DNA of 47,028 nucleotides from a virus (Duplodnaviria; Heunggongvirae; Uroviricota; Caudoviricetes): IMG/VR virus record IMGVR_UViG_2778261425_000003; one strand, 5' to 3'. Shown piece by piece: positions 41,321 to 47,028 of this stretch (position 1 is its first letter; each line of letters starts with the position of its first letter). The notes under the pieces were generated by a model. It saw only the letters and a program-made list of their open reading frames with translations, ran no database searches and was not told where the DNA came from. The position numbers and the translations under genes were made by a program.

Positions 41321-41632
41321 ATGATGATTCTGACTCTGAATGATAAGCGTGAAATATCGCAAATAATCGCAAGTTTTACTGATGAAGATTACGAGCGAAT
41401 CAACAGTGAAGTTGATCGCCTCTGCAAACGTTGCGACCCAATAAGCGAAATGCTTCGCTCATATAAACCAGATGAACACACTAAGGACGCTATCGACTGG
41501 CTGGAAGATGATGACTGTAACTATCAGGAAAAAGCCGCTGAATGGTTCTGGGATGCAATAACCGAAAGAGTTAAGGCTGAATATGCCTTCGCAATATTCA
41601 AACGCAGACACATTTTTGGAGAAGCAGCATGA
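41321..41632 (+). CDS. hypothetical early protein (103 aa)
   Basis: ATG 41321 with CAGGAGAAAG RBS; directly upstream of recT. Confidence 0.55.
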   Translation: MMILTLNDKREISQIIASFTDEDYERINSEVDRLCKRCDPISEMLRSYKPDEHTKDAIDWLEDDDCNYQEKAAEWFWDAITERVKAEYAFAIFKRRHIFGEAA

Positions 41633-42540
41633 GAAATATCGTTGAATTCGTTAAACAGCAAGAGCAGTTATTCTGCGGAGCATTGACTGAACAGACGGTG
41701 ACATGGGCTAAGGAAAGCCAGTTTGCAATTCAGTATTTCCAGAAAAACGATTATCTGGCTAAAACGGCACTGGCAAATCCAACTAGCGCACAGAACGCTA
41801 TCATCAATGTTGCGGCGATCGGCATCACCTTAAACCCGGCCAGCAAACTGGCTTATCTGGTTCCTCGCGACGGCATGGTTTGCCTTGATATCAGCTATAT
41901 GGGATTGCTCCATATTGCAATGGAGTCTGGTGTTATCTCATGGGGTCAGGCAAAACTTGTTCATGCTAACGATACCTATGAGTCAAACGGGCTTGATAAA
42001 GCACCAACCCATAAATACAACGCCTTCGGTGATCGTGGTGATATCGTTGGCGTTTACTGCACAGTTAAGACGCCAGCAGGTGATTATCTAACGGAAGAGA
42101 TGAGTCTAGCTGAAATTGAGGCTGTAAGGAAAACAAGCAAGGCAGCATTCAGCGATAAAGGACCATGGGTAAATCACTGGAATGAGATGGCGCGAAAGAC
42201 GGTCGTAAAGCGTGCAAGCAAGTATTGGCCTAAGGCATCACGTCTTGATAGTGCTATTCACGTACTAAACGAAGAAGAAGGTGTGTGGACTGAACCAGTT
42301 ATGCCGCACAAATCAGAGGAAGATATCCGCGAAGATGAACGGAAACGCCAGCAGGAAATAATGGAAAAAGCACAACTTCTTTGTGATGAAATGGCTCAGG
42401 CAGAAAACATGGATGATTTGAAGCGATATTTTGCAGAAGCATATCGCCTGACATCTGGAATGAAATTGCAGCAGAACGTACAAGCCATTTACATAGAATG
42501 CAAAGCGAAACTGGAGGTTGCCAGTGAGCAAACTGTATGA
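41629..42540 (+). CDS. recT: RecT-family single-strand annealing recombinase
   Basis: 303 aa; GGAGAAG RBS; family call from recalled RecT/Bet-like profile (…VVKRASKYWPKASRLDSAIHVLNEEEG…). Confidence 0.75.
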   Translation: MRNIVEFVKQQEQLFCGALTEQTVTWAKESQFAIQYFQKNDYLAKTALANPTSAQNAIINVAAIGITLNPASKLAYLVPRDGMVCLDISYMGLLHIAMESGVISWGQAKLVHANDTYESNGLDKAPTHKYNAFGDRGDIVGVYCTVKTPAGDYLTEEMSLAEIEAVRKTSKAAFSDKGPWVNHWNEMARKTVVKRASKYWPKASRLDSAIHVLNEEEGVWTEPVMPHKSEEDIREDERKRQQEIMEKAQLLCDEMAQAENMDDLKRYFAEAYRLTSGMKLQQNVQAIYIECKAKLEVASEQTV

Positions 42541-43006
42541 AATAGCCAATGAATACGCAAAGCTGATGGATTCAGATTTAGAGCCAGAGATGATTGCTGA
42601 CACAATAGAAGGCATGGAAGGAGAATTCACCGATAAAATAGAGCAACTTCTTGCTATTATTAAAAATGAATCTGGTTATGCTGAACGCCTCAAGGAAGAG
42701 GCAAAGTCACTAAATGAGCGAGCCGCAGTAATTCAAAATAAGATTGACAGCATTATGGCGTATATAGCGTCATCGCTTGAAATGGTTGGCAAGAAAAAGA
42801 TTCGAGCAGGTATTCACCAGGTAACAATCCGCAAACCGTCAGAAACTGTAGAAATCATCGACTCAAGCGCCCTTCCTCCTGAATACGTTGAGTTTGAAAC
42901 GACAATTAAAGCCGATAAACTGGCAATCAAACACCAACTAAAAGCAGGAATAAATATCCCCGGCGCTCAACTCAAAGTTGGGAAACCTTCACTTCTTATC
43001 AAATAA
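42524..43006 (+). CDS. Gp157-family protein, commonly paired with RecT
   Basis: GTG 42524 preceded by GGAGG; 160 aa; conserved position after recT. Confidence 0.55.
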   Translation: MSKLYEIANEYAKLMDSDLEPEMIADTIEGMEGEFTDKIEQLLAIIKNESGYAERLKEEAKSLNERAAVIQNKIDSIMAYIASSLEMVGKKKIRAGIHQVTIRKPSETVEIIDSSALPPEYVEFETTIKADKLAIKHQLKAGINIPGAQLKVGKPSLLIK

Positions 43007-43017
43007 CGGTATCGCCT

Positions 43018-43332
43018 ATGAAAAAGACTCCATGGGAGAAATGGGAAGTCGATTTCTTACGCGAAGTAGCGGCGACAATGCCAGTTGAAGTTATCGCTGA
43101 AAAACTGGAAAGGACTGAAAAAGCAGTAATGGCGAAAGCAACAAGGATTGGCGCTGACATTGTTAGCCGACTTCGTGGAAGACGATGGACAAGAGCCGAA
43201 GTATCACTTTTCGGTAAGTTCTCCGCAGAAGAAATAGCAATTGCAACCTGCCGCTCAATTTATTCAGTAAGAGCTATGCGATACAAGCTAAAAAAACTCG
43301 ATGAAGAAAGAGCAGGCATACAAATAAATTAA
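43018..43332 (+). CDS. hypothetical protein (104 aa)
   Basis: [59 protein letters not shown]... Confidence 0.5.
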   Translation: MKKTPWEKWEVDFLREVAATMPVEVIAEKLERTEKAVMAKATRIGADIVSRLRGRRWTRAEVSLFGKFSAEEIAIATCRSIYSVRAMRYKLKKLDEERAGIQIN

Positions 43333-43348
43333 CAAAGAGGAATTAATC

Positions 43349-43513
43349 ATGAGAGGACTTGCATACAATCCCGGCATTCTTCCGGCAGAAATGATTATTC
43401 GCCAACGCGTAAAGCCAATGCCATCGAGAGAGGAATTGCTTAAAAGAAATTCTTTTCCTTCAGTGAATCAAAACAAATATCTGAATGCGATGTGGCGGAG
43501 TGGGAAGAAATGA
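43349..43513 (+). CDS. small hypothetical protein (54 aa)
   Basis: ATG with AAGAGGAA RBS; [36 protein letters not shown]...; translated by hand. Confidence 0.35.
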   Translation: MRGLAYNPGILPAEMIIRQRVKPMPSREELLKRNSFPSVNQNKYLNAMWRSGKK

Positions 43514-43875
43514 AACAAATGTCACTAATTGAGATGGATGGTTTTCTGAAAGGTAAATGCATCCCACGAGATTTAAAGGTTAACGAAACAAACGCTGAAT
43601 ACCTGGTGCGTAAATTCGATGCGCTTGAAGCTAAATGTGCAGCACAGGAAAACAAAGTAATACCAGTGTCAACTGAACTGCCACCAGCAAATGAAAGTGT
43701 TTTGTTATTCGATGCTAACGGAGAAGGCTGGCTAATTGGCTGGCGTTCTCTCTGGTACACCTGGGGACAAAAAGAAACCGGAGAATGGCAGTGGACATTT
43801 CAGGTCGGGGACCTTGAAAACGTCAATATCACTCACTGGGCAGTAATGCCAAAAGCACCGGAGGCTGGAGCATAA
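43510..43875 (+). CDS. DUF551-family lambdoid protein
   Basis: C-terminal ...[47 protein letters not shown]; ORF-track start 43492 is GTG, ATG at 43510. Confidence 0.55.
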   Translation: MKQMSLIEMDGFLKGKCIPRDLKVNETNAEYLVRKFDALEAKCAAQENKVIPVSTELPPANESVLLFDANGEGWLIGWRSLWYTWGQKETGEWQWTFQVGDLENVNITHWAVMPKAPEAGA

Positions 43876-44180
43876 TGACCACTTTTACCGACAAAGAACT
43901 GATTAAAGAAATTAAAGAGCGTATCAGCAGCCTTGACGTGCGAGACGATATTGAGCGCCGTGCTTATGAAATCGCACTCCTATCTCTGGAAGTAGAACCA
44001 GATGAACGCGAAGCTTATGAATTATTCATGGAAAAGCGTTTCGGTGACTTAGTAGATCGTCGGAGAGCAAAAAACGGCGATAACGAATACATGGCATGGG
44101 ATATGACTCTCGGTTGGATCGTCTGGCAGCAACGAGCTGGTATCCATTTTTCAACAATGTCACAGCAAGAGGTGAAATAA
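43875..44180 (+). CDS. hypothetical protein (101 aa)
   Basis: ATG overlaps the upstream stop (TAATG); [43 protein letters not shown]... Confidence 0.5.
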   Translation: MTTFTDKELIKEIKERISSLDVRDDIERRAYEIALLSLEVEPDEREAYELFMEKRFGDLVDRRRAKNGDNEYMAWDMTLGWIVWQQRAGIHFSTMSQQEVK

Positions 44181-44530
44181 TGGAGCCATACAGCCTCACA
44201 CTCGATGAGGCCTGTCATTTTCTCAAGATATCCAGACCGACTGCCATTAACTGGATACGCACAGGGCGTCTTCAGGCAACACGCAAAGATCCCACTAAGA
44301 ATAAATCTCCTTACCTCACAACACGACAAGCCTGCATTGCGGCTCTTCAGTCTCCGCTGCATACTGTCCAGGTGAGCGCGGGTGATGGCATAACAGAGGA
44401 AAGAAAATGTCACTCTTCCGCAGAGGTGAAATATGGTACGCCAGTTTCACATTGCCGAACGGTAAAAGATTTAAACAGTCTCTTGGAACAAAGGACAAAA
44501 GGCAGGCGACAGAACTCCATGACAAGCTAA
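44180..44530 (+). CDS. xis: excisionase (P22 Xis-like)
   Basis: 116 aa from ATG 44180 (AGGTGAAATAATG); HTH region [28 protein letters not shown]; 3' end overlaps int by about 120 nt. Confidence 0.6.
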   Translation: MEPYSLTLDEACHFLKISRPTAINWIRTGRLQATRKDPTKNKSPYLTTRQACIAALQSPLHTVQVSAGDGITEERKCHSSAEVKYGTPVSHCRTVKDLNSLLEQRTKGRRQNSMTS

Positions 44531-45570
44531 AGGCTGAAGCATGGCGGGTCAGCAAACTTGGTGAAATACCTGATATAACGTTCGAGGAAGCGTGTGTCAG
44601 GTGGCTTGAAGAGAAAGCACATAAAAAATCACTGGACGATGACAAAAGCCGGATCGGATTCTGGCTTCAACATTTCGCAGGAATGCAACTAAGAGACATT
44701 ACTGAATCAAAAATTTATTCAGCAATGCAGAAAATGACAAACCGGCGTCATGAGGAAAACTGGAAACTCAGGGCAGAAGCATGCAGAAAAAAAGGGAAAC
44801 CTGTTCCAGAATACACGCCAAAACCAGCGTCCGTTGCAACGAAGGCTACGCATCTTTCATTTATAAAGGCCCTACTAAGAGCCGCAGAGCGTGAATGGAA
44901 AATGCTGGATAAGGCACCAATTATTAAAGTGCCTCAACCAAAGAATAAACGGATCCGCTGGCTGGAGCCCCATGAAGCACAAAGGCTGATTGATGAATGT
45001 CCGGAGCCATTAAAGTCTGTTGTTGAATTTGCACTGGCAACAGGCTTAAGACGCTCGAACATCATCAACCTTGAATGGCAACAAATAGATATGCAGCGCC
45101 GGGTGGCATGGATAAACCCGGAAGAGAGTAAATCAAACCGCGCAATTGGCGTTGCGCTGAATGATACTGCATGTCGCGTATTGAAAAAACAAATCGGGAA
45201 TCATCACCGTTGGGTATTTGTGTACAAGGAAAGCTGTACCAAACCAGACGGAACGAAAGCGCCAACAGTAAGGAAGATGCGGTATGACGCAAACACAGCC
45301 TGGAAAGCGGCGCTGAGACGGGCTGGTATTGATGATTTCAGATTTCACGACTTGAGACACACCTGGGCAAGTTGGCTGGTTCAAGCCGGAGTCCCGTTGT
45401 CAGTGTTACAGGAAATGGGAGGTTGGGAGTCTATCGAAATGGTTCGTCGATATGCTCACCTTGCACCTAATCACCTTACCGAACACGCACGGCAAATAGA
45501 CTCGATCCTGAACCCATCGGTCCCAAATTTGTCCCAGTCAAAAAATAAGGAAGGTACTAATGATGTGTAA
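44407..45570 (+). CDS. int: tyrosine integrase (lambda/P22 Int family)
   Basis: 387 aa; AGGAAAGAAA RBS; C-terminal catalytic R...HxxR...Y (…[16 protein letters not shown]…VRRYAHL); 3' end 14 nt from the tRNA. Confidence 0.9.
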   Translation: MSLFRRGEIWYASFTLPNGKRFKQSLGTKDKRQATELHDKLKAEAWRVSKLGEIPDITFEEACVRWLEEKAHKKSLDDDKSRIGFWLQHFAGMQLRDITESKIYSAMQKMTNRRHEENWKLRAEACRKKGKPVPEYTPKPASVATKATHLSFIKALLRAAEREWKMLDKAPIIKVPQPKNKRIRWLEPHEAQRLIDECPEPLKSVVEFALATGLRRSNIINLEWQQIDMQRRVAWINPEESKSNRAIGVALNDTACRVLKKQIGNHHRWVFVYKESCTKPDGTKAPTVRKMRYDANTAWKAALRRAGIDDFRFHDLRHTWASWLVQAGVPLSVLQEMGGWESIEMVRRYAHLAPNHLTEHARQIDSILNPSVPNLSQSKNKEGTNDV

Positions 45571-45584
45571 CTTATTGATTTAAA

Positions 45585-45660
45585 TGGTGCCGATAATAGG
45601 AGTCGAACCTACGACCTTCGCATTACGAATGCGCTGCTCTACCAACTGAGCTATATCGGC
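45585..45660 (-). tRNA. thrW: tRNA-Thr (anticodon CGT)
   Basis: 76 nt GCCGATATAGCTCAGTTGGTAGAGCAGCGCATTCGTAATGCGAAGGTCGTAGGTTCGACTCCTATTATCGGCACCA; acceptor stem GCCGATA/TATCGGC, anticodon loop TTCGTAA, T-loop GGTTCGACTCC. Confidence 0.95.
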
Positions 45661-45774
45661 CCTGAAAGGACATGTTCACGAACGTGAATCACGGTGGACA
45701 AGGTTAAAACTAACCGGGCGATGCGTCAATGGCCTTGTAAATCAAATGGCTACTTTTGCATCACCCGGTTTTAT

Positions 45775-47028
45775 TTACGCACGAATGGTGTAATCACCAA
45801 TGCCGATCCACTTGTAAGTGGTCAGTGCTTCCAGCCCCATTGGGCCACGCGCGTGGAGTTTTTGTGTGCTTACCGCCACTTCCGCACCCAGACCAAACTG
45901 GCCGCCGTCGGTAAAACGCGTAGAGGCGTTAACGTAAACAGCGGACGAATCCACTTCGTTAACAAAACGCTGGGCGTTGCGCATATCGCGGGTCAGGATC
46001 GCATCGGAGTGTTGTGTGCCGTGTTCACGAATATGGGCGATGGCATCGTCAAGATCGCTGACGATTTTGACGTTCAAATCTAATGACAGAAACTCATCGT
46101 CATACTCTTCCGCTTTAACCGCCACCACCTTCGCGGGGCCTGTCTGCAACTGCGCCAGCGCAGCTGCATCTGCGTGTAATGTCACGCCGCTTTCCGCCAT
46201 TTGTTTGCTTAATGCGGGCAGGAAGCTATCTGCTATGTTTTTATTTACCAGCAACGTTTCAACCGTATTACATGTGCTCGGACGCTGGGTTTTCGCGTTG
46301 ACGATTACTTTCAGGGCTTCAGCGATCTCTGCACTTTCATCAACGTAAATATGGCATACGCCTATACCACCAGTGATCACCGGGATCGTCGACTGTTCAC
46401 GGCACAGTTTATGCAAACCAGCGCCACCACGCGGGATCAGCATGTCGATGTATTTATCCATACGCAGCATTTCACTGACCAGCGCACGGTCAGGATTATC
46501 AATCGCCTGCACGGCACCCGCCGGTAAGCCACAGGATTTCAGGGCGTCCTGAATCACCGCCACCGTTGCCGCGTTAGTGCGACAGGTTTCTTTGCCACCA
46601 CGCAGGATCACCGCATTACCGGTTTTCAGGCACAGCGAAGCGACATCAACCGTCACGTTCGGGCGCGCTTCATAAATCACGCCAATAACCCCCAGCGGTA
46701 CGCGACGACGCTCAAGACGCAGGCCGCTGTCCAGTACGCCGCCATCGATTACCTGCCCCACCGGATCGGCGAGGTTACACACCTGGCGTACATCGTCGGC
46801 AATGCCTTTCAGCCGTGCGGGCGTCAGTGCCAGACGGTCAAGCATCGCTTCGCTAAGGCCATTGGCACGCGCGTCAGCAACATCCTGGGCGTTAGCGTTG
46901 AGGATGATTTCGCTTTGTGCTTCCAGTTCATCGGCGATTTTTTCCAGCACGCGATTTTTTTCGCGGCTGGAGAGTTGCGCTAATTTATACGAGGCTTGCT
47001 TCGCGGCAATGCCCATTTGTTCCAGCAT
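45775..47028 (-). CDS. proA: gamma-glutamyl phosphate reductase
   Basis: 417 aa [50 protein letters not shown]...; start codon at the window edge. Confidence 0.95.
   Translation of the reverse strand: MLEQMGIAAKQASYKLAQLSSREKNRVLEKIADELEAQSEIILNANAQDVADARANGLSEAMLDRLALTPARLKGIADDVRQVCNLADPVGQVIDGGVLDSGLRLERRRVPLGVIGVIYEARPNVTVDVASLCLKTGNAVILRGGKETCRTNAATVAVIQDALKSCGLPAGAVQAIDNPDRALVSEMLRMDKYIDMLIPRGGAGLHKLCREQSTIPVITGGIGVCHIYVDESAEIAEALKVIVNAKTQRPSTCNTVETLLVNKNIADSFLPALSKQMAESGVTLHADAAALAQLQTGPAKVVAVKAEEYDDEFLSLDLNVKIVSDLDDAIAHIREHGTQHSDAILTRDMRNAQRFVNEVDSSAVYVNASTRFTDGGQFGLGAEVAVSTQKLHARGPMGLEALTTYKWIGIGDYTIRA

Noticed and set aside
44096-44179. Longer excisionase ORF starting at 44096
   Set aside because: ATG 44180 has a good RBS and overlaps the upstream stop in TAATG coupling; the upstream extension lies inside the preceding gene.

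Overview
The window covers the thrW (tRNA-Thr, anticodon CGT) to proA chromosomal junction of an Escherichia/Shigella-type genome, with about 45.6 kb of integrated DNA on the 3' side of the tRNA. Two elements sit in tandem. (1) Positions 1-3596 are the edge of a CP4-6-like cryptic island: lipoprotein, DUF905, KlcA-type antirestriction, RadC-like, DUF987 and a CbeA/CbtA type IV toxin-antitoxin pair. (2) Positions 3597-45630 are a roughly 42 kb mosaic lambdoid prophage bounded by a 56-bp direct repeat of the thrW 3' end. It combines a lambda-type immunity, replication, nin, Q and lysis backbone with a P22-type N/boxB, RecT recombination, P22-like xis/int, an HK97-like head module and a Mu-like contractile tail ending in a Pin/Gin-type invertible tail-fibre segment. 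The most interesting part is accessory cargo at classic moron/defence hotspots: a three-gene membrane-associated module in the place of rexAB between cI and pL; a GIY-YIG-like nuclease beside the invertase; a self-contained promoter-gene-terminator moron inside the tail operon; a Cys/His-rich low-GC ORF between the lysis and packaging modules; an AraC-family regulator plus an IS fragment and a serU tRNA fragment at the attR end; and several unknown pL-operon genes. All calls come from reading the sequence and recalled protein families; no database search was run.
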